Positions 38,406-50,969 of a DNA stretch of 64,000 bases are shown here, one piece after another. The position numbers and the translations under genes were made by a program. The stretch is from Squalus acanthias (taxonomy: Eukaryota). Each line of letters starts with the position of its first letter. The stretch's first letter is position 1. The stretch spans positions 54,126,001 through 54,190,000 of the forward strand of contig CM059437.1 of NCBI GenBank assembly GCA_030390025.1, given 5' to 3'. Under the pieces are notes generated by a model. It did no database searches. It saw only the letters and a program-made list of their open reading frames with translations, and was not told the origin of the DNA.

Positions 38406-41374
38406 CTGAAAAGAAGAAACACATGAAAGAAGCTCCATCCTTAATTGACATAAAAGTTGCAATCAATGTTTTACTTTCTTTAAATATTTTAAAATTCGGA
38501 GTCACTCTACAAAGCCAGGAGGAATTTAATACAACGGAACCTCATTAGTGTCAATTGTACGACGACTGGTGCCCACAGTTCTAGAAAATATAGAACCTGA
38601 GAAGATGTTCCTACTTTTCCTACATGGAAAGGAACAAATACAAATCTTTAAAAGGAAATTTAATCTAACGGAAATAATGGGGTCAGAAAATAATAAAAAC
38701 ACAAAAATAATACTGGACACAGTATTATATTGAAATGTACTGGTCTGACGCAATCTGTCACAGACAGTGTCCCAGGAGCTGAGGATTTAAAAGAAACGTG
38801 AAACGCAATGAATCCGAATTTGGGATAAATATTGGAACCATTGCTGACATTAAAGATTCTGTAATATTTAACTCAAAACACTGGATTCTAGTCAATTTAC
38901 TGTTAATCTCGATTGTTTCTTCTGACTCCAGTTTCGCTCTTCTATTGACGGAAGTGGTAAATATTGTGCTAATATTTGGATTTCTGTACAATCACTGCCA
39001 CGGCCGCTCTGCTCGGCTCCGCGTTTCCACAAGGTTTCCCGCCCCGTCCGACGCTGACTATATTGTGTAAAACTTCAGAAGCCTATTCTATCACATTCGA
39101 AATACGCTGTTTGGAGACATCTCTGGAGTCAGAATGTCACAAATGATACGTTTTCATTAAAGAGAAAGAGTTTCCAACAAAGAACGTCTGTTATTATAAA
39201 CAATTGTATCTATATTGTATAATTATATCCCCATAATAACCTCAATACGCAAATAATGAAGCCAAAAATATCCTGGGCAATATTTGTCCCTAAACCAACA
39301 TCGCTAAAACAAACGAACTGGTCTTCTGTTTCTGGGACCTTGCCGTGCGCAAATGGACTGCCGCGTTTTTTACATTACAAGGGTGACTGTACTTCAAAAG
39401 TACTTAATTGTGTGTGAAGCGCGTTGAGATGTCCTGAGGTCGTCGTAGGCGCTATATCATTGCAAGTTGATTCTTTCTTATTATTAAATAGAAATATTCC
39501 CATGATAGTATCAATGAAATATAACCCAGTGTAAGAATGTTGAAGCCGGACTATCACAATCTCCTCTCTCTTTAAATAACCTTTCGCAACGACCATAGGC
39601 TACAAACAAAAGCTGTCAATGACAAACCCTCGGTAAAATGGTTTATGTAACGTAAAGCACCGAAGAAAGGGCTAAAACATTTTTTTTTCAATTCTGGAAT
39701 TAGAGGCTGGGCCGCTACAATTGGTTCTGGCATTGACATGAGGAGCCAGCTATATCGGCGCGTCTCACCAATACCAGATTTGCCCGGTTCTGTTTAACAA
39801 TCTATTGCCGTTCTGAGAGGTTCACCCTGGAGCCTACAACTTCGCCTTTCTTTCTTTACATTATAATTTGAAGGTGGAAATGCGAATAGTCTGACAATGA
39901 CGTCAACTACTATTGTCACAGTTGGTTTAATCTCCCTGCATCACCCGGAGTTTAGCTGAACATTCTGATACTGAAATATTTGGAGTCCCGTGGGATTATT
40001 GAGCGAGATTTCATATCAGTTTATATTATTGTCAAAAAGCAAGAGTTTTACAATGAACTCTCTTTACATTGGAGTTAATACCAGAGATGTATTCGTAAAG
40101 GAACAGCTGATAATATTATGGAGTATTTTTCTATTTCATATCTCATGTTAGCCCATTTCACCCTGATGTAGCCGAATAACCAAGTTAAAATAGCGATACA
40201 ATATCCGCATTTTCTGTAATTTTACTCCTCACACTGACACTGACCACAGAATCAGCATCAAATCTCAATTGACTGAGTACAAATGCAGGTGAAAAAATCT
40301 GAAAATCTACTCCGAGACATTCGCACACAATTGATTGGATGGAAAGATAATGAGCCCGTGACATGTTAAGAAAATAGACATCCTGTCAATCATGTTGTTT
40401 GTTACTGTGTTATGCCGGAAATCACGAGCTGAATTTAGCGGAACAGTCTGGTTACTATTGTGATGGAGATTAATGCGAAACGTAGGACTTAGAATCTTGT
40501 ACTGAATGGTTATCATTGAGTTTGGAGACGAGTGGGAGTGAGTTACAGCAAGTCGCCACACTATCCTTCCGCAGTCTCAATCCAAGAATGGTGTTAAATC
40601 GCGGCTGCGCTTTAAGTGGAATGAAAACCGCATCATAAAGGTTTTGAATTTATGTTTGTTGCCTTTTGAGCGGGGCTATAAGGGCCGGGTGTAAGCCAGT
40701 CTGAAAGACTATGTGGAATTCATAGAGTTATAGAGCATGGAAGGAGGACGATCGCGCCCTTTGTAAGACATGTCCACTTAGTCCATTTCCCATACATTTG
40801 TTTTTCCTTTTTCAATGTTTTATCCACTCCCCATTGAAGCGCCACTATGGTTCTGCTCGTCCCACTCTGACAGGGAGGACACTGCAGTCCTACCAGTCCC
40901 CTGGCTAAAAAAAATATCCTAATTTGCCCCTCTCGATGTTCTCGACATGACGTTCAATTTATGTCCTCAGGTTACCGAATGGCCGACGAGTGAAAATATT
41001 TTTCATCTTGCTGGAACAAAATGGCTCATAATTCTGAACATGTCCAGCAGATCACAGCCTCAGCTTCTAGTGAATCCAACTTCATTCGTTTCTCTCGTAT
41101 CTAAAACCTCGCAGTACTGGTATCAACTTAATAAATTCCCCCTGCACCCTCTATAAGGCTTGGATACCCTCCGTAAAATCGCGCGTCCTTTGTGCCTGGC
41201 TATCTCTTAAATATCACCGGACGCTGATTCACAAGCTCCGTATGAATATATTTTCAGAGCAATAACCTTGATTTACATTAATTCAACCTACCAAGCCAAT
41301 TATTTAAAAGTACTTTTTGTTTTTTCTTCAGTAATGTTGCAAATGTTAGAGGACATTACAAATAATTAACTTAC

Positions 41375-41722
41375 TGTCCAGATTCAGCTTGGTTCCTCTC
41401 CCGAAAATGAAGCTATAAGTACCGCTAAGCATCGCACCACAGTAATAATCGGCGGCGTCCTCGGACTGCACGTTGGTGATGGTTAAATGCATTTTGTTAC
41501 TCGATGAGTCCACAGAACCGGTAAATCGATCTGGAATCCCCGAAGCAGTACCGGAGCTCTCGTACCAAACAAACAAAGGGGCACTGCGGGGTTTCTGCCA
41601 GTACCAGCTGACGTACTGGCTGCCGATGCTGCCTCCGGTCATGGTACAGCTGATCGTGACGGTTCTTCCCGGGGAGGTTGAGATGGACATTGGCTGAGTC
41701 AGGGCAGGATCCGCGTTTATAC
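41375..41722 (-). CDS. IGLV: Germline-joined V-J exon, Ig lambda-like light chain, cluster 2
   Basis: 348 nt in frame; DPALTQP...C...WYWQKP...GIPDRF...DYYC-GAMLSGTYSFI-FGRGTKL; canonical splice sites. Confidence 0.96.
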
Positions 41723-41864
41723 CTGGTGAAATAACAAGTTATGGATCAGTCACACTCTGTACAATTGTGAATATTGTTTGTAATTCAGGCCCACTCAATG
41801 CAAGCACCAATAAAATCAGGGCAATGTAAAAGCAGTGATACTGAAGGTTAGCGCCTGTACTTAC

Positions 41865-41913
41865 TGTGGAGACAGAACATCAGTGTGGCGAGAACACGAA
41901 GCCTTTCAGTCAT
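41865..41913 (-). CDS. IGLV: IgL cluster 2 leader exon
   Basis: MTERLRVLATLMFCLH plus GTAAGT; 49 nt. Confidence 0.92.
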
Positions 41914-41989
41914 GGTGAAGGATCTGGTGAGGGTCAGACGCAAAATAGTTCCTGACACGAATGTGGCTCTGGGTTCTTTCTAAACTTCT

Positions 41990-42102
41990 CCTTAAAAAGG
42001 TTCAAACATCGCAACGTCATTGAATATTAATTATGCATGCAAATCTCCATCCACATGAAATCGGGTTATAGGATCCTGTCCTGTGTTGACTGGCATTTGC
42101 AT
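41990..42102 (-). promoter_or_regulatory. IgL cluster 2 promoter with two octamers
   Basis: Octamers at 42037-42044 and 42095-42102, with the same orientation and 58-bp offset as in cluster 1. Confidence 0.85.
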
Positions 42103-42439
42103 AATGCGCATCCCAGCCATTTTAGAAAAAAGAGAAACAAAGAGTCAAAGAGATAGAATACAACACGCGAATGATTGAATACAGCAAAAAGAAAGTGCGG
42201 TGAGACAAGGAGGAGCGATTAGATGAGCCCAGGCTTGGGTTTTAGAAGTCTGAAGTTTATAATAGAGAGGGAAAGCTGAGGGCGGTAAGCGGTTTAATAG
42301 CTATGGGGTCCAAGGGAAGAATGAATTGGATAAGCAGGAAGTTTTATTAATGGATCTGAGAGAGAGAGATTTTAGTTCACAGGCAACAGTGAGGTTTAGA
42401 CTGTCAATGGATTCAAGGACAAAGGATGAATAGAATCTA

Positions 42440-43905
42440 GAACGGTTCCTGCAGATTGGAAGGTAGCAAATGTAACCGCACTATGTAAGAAAGGAGCGAG
42501 AGAGAAAACGGGGAGCTGCAGACCAGTTAGCCTGACATCTGTAGTAGGGAAAATGCTAAAATCTATTCTTAAGGACGTGGCAACAGGGCACTTAGAAAAT
42601 AATAATAGGATTGGGCAGAGTCAACACGGAATTATGAAAGGGAAATCACGTTTGATAAATCTGTTAGGGATTTTTGAGGTTGCAACTAGCAGAATAGATA
42701 AGTGGGAACGAGTGGATGTGGTGTATTTGGATTTTCAGAAGGCATTCGATAAGGTGCCACACAAGAGGTTATTAAACAAAATTAGGGCTCATGGGATTAC
42801 GGGTAATATACTAGCATGGACTGAGAATTGGCTAACGGACAGGAAACAGAGTGTAGGAATAAACGGGTCATTTTCGGGTTGGCTGGTGGGGTACCACAAG
42901 GATCAGTACTTGGGCCTCAGTTATTCACAATCTATATCAATGATTTGGATGAGGGGACCAAATGTAATATATCCAAGTTTTCTGATGATACAAAACTGGG
43001 TGGGAATGTAAGTTGTGAGGAGGAATCAAGGACGCTTCAAGGGGATATAGACAGGCTAAGTGAGTGGGTAAGAACATGGCAAATGGAATATAATGTGGAG
43101 AAATGTGAAGTTATCCACTTTGGTCGAAAAATAGAAAAGCAGTGTATTTTTTAAATGGTGAGAGATTGGGAAAAGTTGATGTTCAGCGGGACCTGGGTGT
43201 CCTTGTACACGAATCACTGAAAGTTAACATGCAGGTACAGCAAGCAATTAGGAAAGCAAATGGCATGTTGGTCTTTATTACAAGAGGATTTGAGTATGAG
43301 CGTAAAGACGTCTTACTGCAATTATATATGGCCCTGGTGAGACCACACCTGGAGGATTGTATACAGTTTTGGTCTCCTTACCTAAGGAAGAATATACTTG
43401 CCATAGAGGAATGAAGGGTCACCAGACTGGTTCCTGTGATGGGGGGTTGTCCTATGAGGAGAGACTGAGTAGACTAGGCCTATATTCTCTAGAGTTTAGA
43501 AGAATGAGAGGTGATTTCATTGAAACATTCAAAATTCTTACAGGGCTTGAGACGATAGATGCAAGGAGGATGTTTCCCCTGGCTAGGGTGACTAGAACCA
43601 AGGGTTACAGTCTCAGAATAAGGGGTCGGCCAATTAGGACAGAGATGAGGAGACATTTCTTCACTCAGAGGCTGGTGAATCTTTGGAATTCTCTACCCCA
43701 GAGGGCTGTGGAGGCTCAGTCGTTGAGTATATTCAAGACAGAGATCGACTAGATTTTTGAATATTAAGGGAACCAAGGGATATGGGGATAGTGCAGGAAA
43801 GTGGAGACGAGGTTTAAGTTCAGCCATGATCTTATTGAATGGCGGAGCAGGCTCGAAGGGCCAAATGGCCTACTCCTGCTTATATTTCTTATGTTCTTAT
43901 GTTCT
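42440..43905 (+). mobile_element. CR1 LINE 3' portion inserted ~350 bp upstream of the cluster 2 promoter
   Basis: VDVVYLDFQKAFDKVPH, GVPQGSVLGP, FSDDTKL; (TTATGTTC) tail. Confidence 0.92.
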
Positions 43906-45446
43906 TCTGAGTCAAATGTAACAGTTGTTTATTAGACTTGTGATTGATATGGAAAACGGCAAGTAGAAATCCCGCTGTGCCATGTTATTGTAGGAATCGT
44001 TGTTTGCAATTGCATTGCTTCCTAACTTAAAAACAGCAAACAAAAAGAAATTTCATACAAATGCTTTAATAACTTACCGCACGACATCACTAAATATGCT
44101 TTGGAAGAATTGAAAGAAGCAAAATTTTCATTGTCCAGCTGAAGGACACAGAAGTGAGCAAGAAGTAACGATTCAACCACGGCACTGAGAGGACTGACGA
44201 TCGTGGGTGTAATCAGCGTCCCATAAGTTCATAGAATCATAGAAAGTTACAGCACAGAAGGAGGCGATTCGGCCCATCGCGGCTATGTCTGTTCTGTGAT
44301 GGAGCTATCCAATTAGACCCACTGCCCTGCTCTTTCCCCATAGCCATACATATTTCCCACCTTCAAGTGTTTATCCAATTCCCTTTTGAAAGCTATTATT
44401 GAATCTTCTTCCACCACCCTTGCAGACATTGTATTCCAGATCATAACAACTCGCTGCGTAATTTTGTTCCTCATGTTGCCTCTGCTTCTTTTGCCAAATT
44501 ACCATAAATCTGTGTCGTCTGTTTACCGACCCTTCTGGCACTGGAAACAGTTTCTCCTTATTTACTCAATCAAACTCCTTTAGAAACACCTCTATCAAAT
44601 CGCGCCTTAACCTTCTCTGCTCTCAGGAAAATAACCTCAGTTACTCTAGTCTCCCCTTGTAACTGAAGTCTTTCCTCACTGGTACCATTCTAGTAAATCT
44701 CTGCACGCTCTCTAAGGCTTGACATCCTCCTAATGAGTACTGCCCAGCTTTGGACACAACACTCCAGCTCGGGCCTAACCTGTGTTTTATAAAGGTTAAC
44801 AAAACTTCCTAGCTCTTGTACTCTGTACCTCTACTTATTAAGCCTCTACCTTTATCAACCCTCTCCGTTGCTTCATCAAAGATCTCAATCACGTTAGTCA
44901 AACACGATTTGCCTTAAACAAATGATTGCTGGCCTTCAGGATCCGTATGCCTTTTGAGCTGTCTTCTCAATTTATCCTGCCACATTCAAAGACTTGTGTA
45001 CTTTCACCCAGGCCTCTACTTTTCTGCACCCCCTTTAAAATGTAACAATCCGTTTATATTGCCTCTTCTCATTCTTTCTAGCAAGATTTCTTCTCACAGC
45101 TCTGCATTAAATTTCATCTCTTATGTCTCTGCCCATTTCAACAGACTGGCTATGGAATCCTGGCGTCTGTTACTATCCTCCTCACTGTTTACTACATTTC
45201 CGAGTTTCGTGCCATCGGCAAAACTTTGAAATTAGGCCCCGAGATCCAAGCCAAGATCATGAATATTAATCAAAAAGAGCAGTGGTCCCCAACACTGACC
45301 CATGGGGGGACACCACTGTACACTTCTTCCAGTCTGAAAACAAGCACTCATCACTAATCTCTGCGTTCTGTCCCTTACCCAATTATGTATCCATGCAGCC
45401 ACTACCCCTTAATCCAATAGGATTTAATTTCGCTCAAAAAGGTATT

Positions 45447-46208
45447 GGCCAAAAAATTCGGCTGAATACGGGAGAGTTCGAACTGTGTACTCTCGTGTAT
45501 TCAGTCCCGAAGTGCCGGTTTCCTGCATGCACTGCGCATGCGCGGGAAACCGGCACTTCCGGTATGGCGAAGGGCGCGGTTCCTAAGTGAACCACGTGCG
45601 CACTACAGGCTGTGCGCACGCAGCACACTTAGTTTTTTTTTCAGGTTTCAATGCGAGGGTAAGTATGGAAGATTTTACACATGAAGAAAGGAGGCGTAAG
45701 ACCCCCTTTTAACAAGGTAGGTAGTTAATTAAGTATTATTTAAAACATTTTCAACAGGTTTATCTTTTTTAGAGACTTTAAAGAAAGGTAAGTTTATTTT
45801 TATAACTTTTAAAAAGAATTTAAATTTTTTCAAAAATTTAAATTTTTGTTTAAAGTGGTTAATTTATTTAACTATAGTTATTTTATTAAGGTGAGGTTTA
45901 TTTTTAATTTATTTGAAGTTTAGCTGTTCTTTTGGGGGGCAATTTGTATTCATAGTTTTGACAGTTCTCCTGTCAAATCTATGAATGAAAGATGGTGTGC
46001 TGCCATTGGCTCTCCATGCCCCACGTGATCCCAGAGGTCGCATCGAACTAACTGCGCCTCTGGGACACGCACACACTGCGCGCCGGCACCAGGGAGAGGC
46101 CCAGGACCAGAAGTTCGTGTGGGCCCGAAACACAACGGCCCGCACGGAGTGTGATATCGCGTGGGATCCTTGCCCCCGCGGCAAGCCTCCGCGTCAAATT
46201 TCTGGGCC
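45447..46208. mobile_element. MITE family B (762 bp; Harbinger-like)
   Basis: Ends GGCCAAAAAATTC / AATTTCTGGGCC; 3-bp TSD ATT; absent from the paralog at ~21015. Confidence 0.8.
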
Positions 46209-49200
46209 ATTGTGTTATACTGTATCAAATGACTTTTGAAAATCTCGATACACAGCGTCAACCACACTACCCTCATCAATCCTCTCCATTACATCATTAA
46301 AGAACTGAATTAAGGTTGAAAAACACGATATGTCTTTAACAAATCTGTGCTGGCTTTCAGTTATTAATCCGTATTTTTCCAGTTGACCACGAATTTTGTC
46401 GCAGATTGTTGCCTGTAAATGTTCCCCCACCACTACTGTTAGGCTGACTGGCCTGTCGTTGCTAGGTATATCCTTCTTCCCTTTTTGAACAGGTGTATAA
46501 CGTTTGAAATGCTCCAGCCTTCTTGCAACACTTCCATATCTAAGGAAGATTGGAAGGTTGTGGCCAGAGCCTCCGCAATTTCGATCCTTCCTTCCCTCAG
46601 CAATCTAGGATGCATCCCATCAGGACTGGGTGACTTTTTCAGTTTGAGTGCTGCCAACCTTTTATGTGCCTCTTCTTTATTTTTTTATCCTATCCAGTTG
46701 CTCCACAGTCTGCTCCTTTACTGTGGCATTGGCCGTATCCTCTTCTTTAGTGAATGTCACAGTAAAGGAGATGGTAGGAAAACTTCTCCTGACAACCGTC
46801 GAAGTCTGCTCCTCTTTGTGTACGCAGGCCTAAATCATTCTGATTTTCTGCAATTCTGTACTTCTGACTGAGGAGGAGGGAATAATTAAAGTACCAAAGT
46901 CGATTGACAATACCTGATGAGAATACTCTGTAAAACGGCAAAAAGTTTTATATATTTCTTGTTTGAAACACACATTTTCATCGCGATGGTTTACCCGCTG
47001 TTCGTCAATGGAAAAAAAAGATTGCGCCAATAGGTTAACAGCTTGGTCTGGTTAAAGGGTATTATGTAATGGTTAATATAGAGCGCTATATTAAAGGGGC
47101 AAGTGTAGACATCGCAGGGTTACATTGGGCGTGATATGGCAGAAAGTTTAGAACTTTCGATGTGGAATATAGAAAAAGAGCTCAATACAGAAGTTGATAC
47201 TAATATCTTTCTATTCCGGATTCATTCTGTCTGCTGCAGTCTAACACTTGGTTTAGAGTAGGTTGTTAGTGTTTTGCAGGCCAAACCTAATCAACAGGAA
47301 GTGTTAGTTGAAGACAATTTAGGAAGTATCAAAGGGTTTATGTAAAGAATTGTGGCTAATTTGCAGACAAATGAGTTGTTTAGGTTGTTATTACTTTCAT
47401 AAGAATGTGATATATTTAACCGCAGGATGTGCTTAGTTTTGCTGATAAGAATTAAAGCGACTTTCACATCCTGCGTGTACGGAGTACATGTGGTGCAACA
47501 TTGCCACCTACTGGTGCCGTAGCATAAGACACAAAGGGATGATATGAGGTGACAGTCTTAGAGCTGATGGCTTCGAAGCAAGTGACCTGATGTTGTTTGA
47601 AATTGTCCATCAGATGTATAAATATCAGTGAGCTTTAGAAGGTGTGGACATTCAAGACTACGATCTATCTGGTGAGGTGTAAGCTCATTCCTGTCCAATG
47701 GATATTCTACTTGAGTATATAAACGTAATACTTTCATGTACTACTCAGCGTGTTATCATTAATTAATAAATATGTCAGATAAACCACTGTCTAATTGTTT
47801 CTCGGATCTGTTCATTAAAAAGAGGATAGGACACAGCAGCTATAGTAATAGTCCTGATGTGATATCAAGACCACCACAGAGTTTCATCGGGAATTTTCTC
47901 TGGGCTTCGTGTGTAGGAAGCTGGGGTGCATGGAAATTAGAGTGCAGCGTTTAACAAAGACAGTTAAAACTATAGACTGTAGCATCATACTGGAGGACAA
48001 CAAGGTAAGGAGGGGGCAGTGCTTGGCTCAGTCAATTAACTCTCACATAACGTCAGTGCATGTTTCATCAATCTTGTTGCCATACATTTCAAGAATTATG
48101 ACGAGAGTTGGAGAATATGCACCAAGCACCCAGACAAGATGGCAGGACGTGGCAATCAGGAAGAGAAAATAATACAGAATTTCTGACTGGGACCTCTCAG
48201 CACACTTCAGGGAAACTGAATTAAGGAGGCAGAGACACGTGAATGTCTGTGCCAGCAAGCCTATCAAGAATAACCAATCCTGCCAACCTGATAGGAATGT
48301 CACGTGCCAGCTTGAGGGGAGTGGCACTGGCACTGCGTGCTCACTCTCTCACGCCCTGGACTGCCGACAAGTGCCAGAAGAAGTTCAATAACCTCACCAC
48401 GGGAAGCAAGGTAACTCACCAGGTGCTGGGCACCAGCAAACTCTGCACCATCTTAAAGCAACACTTGGTCATCTAACATTTCAAAATGTACTAAGGTTAA
48501 GGGAAGCTCCAACTCAAGACCTTGCACTGTGATTACACCGCTTCCCGAACAGTAATTACTTCCAGGCATAACTCTACCATCTCATCTGGCCCTCAGTTTG
48601 CACCCAGAAGAAGCACTGGAATGGTGAAGGGAAGGCACGTGCAGGTACCCAGGAGACGGAGCGTGTTAGGAAAGAATAAGTTGGCTTGTGTGCACTTTGA
48701 ACTTCATTGTATTAAAACAGATCATGCACTGGTATTGCACTCTGTTATTGATGGAGGTTACAGTCATACATGAGAAGGTGTAGTTATTTGGTGCTGTATT
48801 ATTCCACAGGTGGTGTTCATTGTCACCCTCGTGTAGAGGCAAAGGAGCTATTGTGTTGTCATGTTGTAGGAAAGGTAGTAGGTTGAGGGAATGTGTCTTT
48901 ATTGGAAATGTTGAGTATAGAAGGAGGTAATGCGATCGTGTCAATGGCAGACTTTAGTGATGTTTGTACTCTGATGCAGCATCACTGAGTGGTCACCTGA
49001 CGGTTGGTCATCATGATATTTTGTACCATGTAGTTCTGAATCTAGCAGAGATAGGGCCTCCTCGCCAGCAATGCTAAAGTCCAATTCAGCTGGCGGTTTG
49101 CGGTGGCGTAAACACTACCGCCATGATCTCCTGCGCCCGGAGATCGTGACATAGTCCCAGCGCGCATCGCACCGGTAGCAGCACTGAACGTAATTTGATT

Positions 49201-49469
49201 CTCGCACCCATGCCTCAGCGCCTGCTCCTAGGAATGACAGGTAGCATAAGACGGTTTGCAGTCGGCTTCGAGCTGCGGGAGCGCTATTTAAAGGCGTGCA
49301 CTTCCTGTTTTTTCCTGTCGGCAATCAATGCTGCCTTCGTACGTTCACAAAACCAAAGAGGTGTTTGGACACATTTGACGGTTTGCTACTTGAAGGAGTT
49401 TTGCTCGTGACAAAAAATTATCAGGTTCCATTTCTCTTACTTTTGATACTGCAACTTTACAACAGTTAC

Positions 49470-50636
49470 TAGGGGCTGTACTGGCACGGGGCTCGCTCTC
49501 CAGTTTCACCTTCGGAGGCAGCAGAGGCGGAGAGAAAGATTGGAAAACGTGGCCAGAGGGAGGAGGGCCAACAGGGCTCTCCACAGGAGACCTTATCCTC
49601 CCAGGGTATTCCGGGAGCAGTTCTCATACATTCATCTGTCAGAGGAGCAGTGCATTAGTAGGCTCCACTTCAGCAAGGAGATGGTCACACAGCTCTGCCA
49701 GCTCCTGCAGCCAGAGCTCCAGACTCAGCTCAGGACCAGGATGTCTCGGTCGGTGGCAGTGAAGGTCACAGTCGCTCTCAATTTCTACACCAGCGGCTGC
49801 TTCCAGGCTTCAACAGGGGATATTGCAAACATTTCACAGTTTGCTATCCATTGCTGCACCCGGGAGGTTACAGATGCTCTCTACAGCAGGAGAAGGGAGT
49901 ACATCTCATTCCCCATGTCCAGAGACAAACAGCATGATGCTCATGTGATTTTGCAAGGATAGCGGGCTTCCCCATGGTTGAGGGCACCATTGACTGCCCC
50001 CACGTGGCATTGCGGGCACCTCATCACAATGCAGAGGTGTTCCATAACCGCAAATGCTAACACTGTCTGAACGTGCAGTTGGTGTGCGACCACAGCGTGC
50101 GCATCCTCGCTATGCCAGACTGGTGTCCCAGACCTGTTCCAACCACCGCATCAAACTAGCAGCTGGCTCCTCAAGGACAAGGGTTATCCACTCACCACCT
50201 GGCTGTTGACACCACTCCATAATTTCAACACTCCTGCTGAGCACGCATATAATGAGAACCATAGTGCCAACAGGAACCTGATCGAACAGACTATTGGTGT
50301 GCTAAAGCAACGGTTCTGGTGTCTTGACCACTCTGGAGGAGCCCTGCAGTATTCCCATGAACATTTCTCCGTTTTCATTGTGTGCTGCATGCTGTACAAT
50401 CTGGCCATTCTGAGGGCCCAGCCATTGCCACCAGGGGATTGGTGAACCACCTCAGGAGGAGGAAGAGGGAGAGGAGGAGGAGGAGGCGGAGGTGGAGGAT
50501 GAAGAGGAGGAGGAGGAGGAGGTGGAGGAGGAGGATGAAGAGGAGGAGGAACAACACCAACGTAGGAGGGATCTGCTCAATGTTGCTTCTGCAAGGGCCG
50601 TTCGTGAACGCTTCATTGCACAGTGCTTCCAATAAA
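49470..50636 (+). pseudogene. Harbinger (HARBI1-like) DDE transposase, frameshifted
   Basis: [50 protein letters not shown]; acidic C-terminal tail. Confidence 0.9.
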
Positions 50637-50969
50637 TGAGATAGCAGATGGCACTTGGGCTGAACAACCACATCATTACAGCGAGCTCGCTGCCCCTATG
50701 ACCAGCCAAAGTTCCAATGAGAAACATGACAAAATTTGTAACGTTGAAATAAAAATGTATTATTTTGCATAACTCTGTCTTATTAAACACAACCAATAAC
50801 AAACAAACACAACAATTTATGAACAAATAGAACTGTTTCTTAGCAAATGGAAATACTTCTTACCAAACAGAAAAATATACTTACAAACACATCAACTTTG
50901 GTACACACACTCCCCACTTTTGCTGATCATGTGACTTTGCAAGGATCGCGGGTTTTATTTACTGGGCCT

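Noticed and set aside
38083-38505. 140-aa ORF as a stand-alone C-domain protein with its own N-terminus
   Set aside because: The upstream part is intron read-through past the splice acceptor and is not open in the paralogs
50382-50826. Arg-rich and Ser-rich ORFs as novel proteins (also the Glu-rich ORF at 23913-24119)
   Set aside because: Alternative frames of the GAG/GAA-rich acidic tail of the Harbinger transposase
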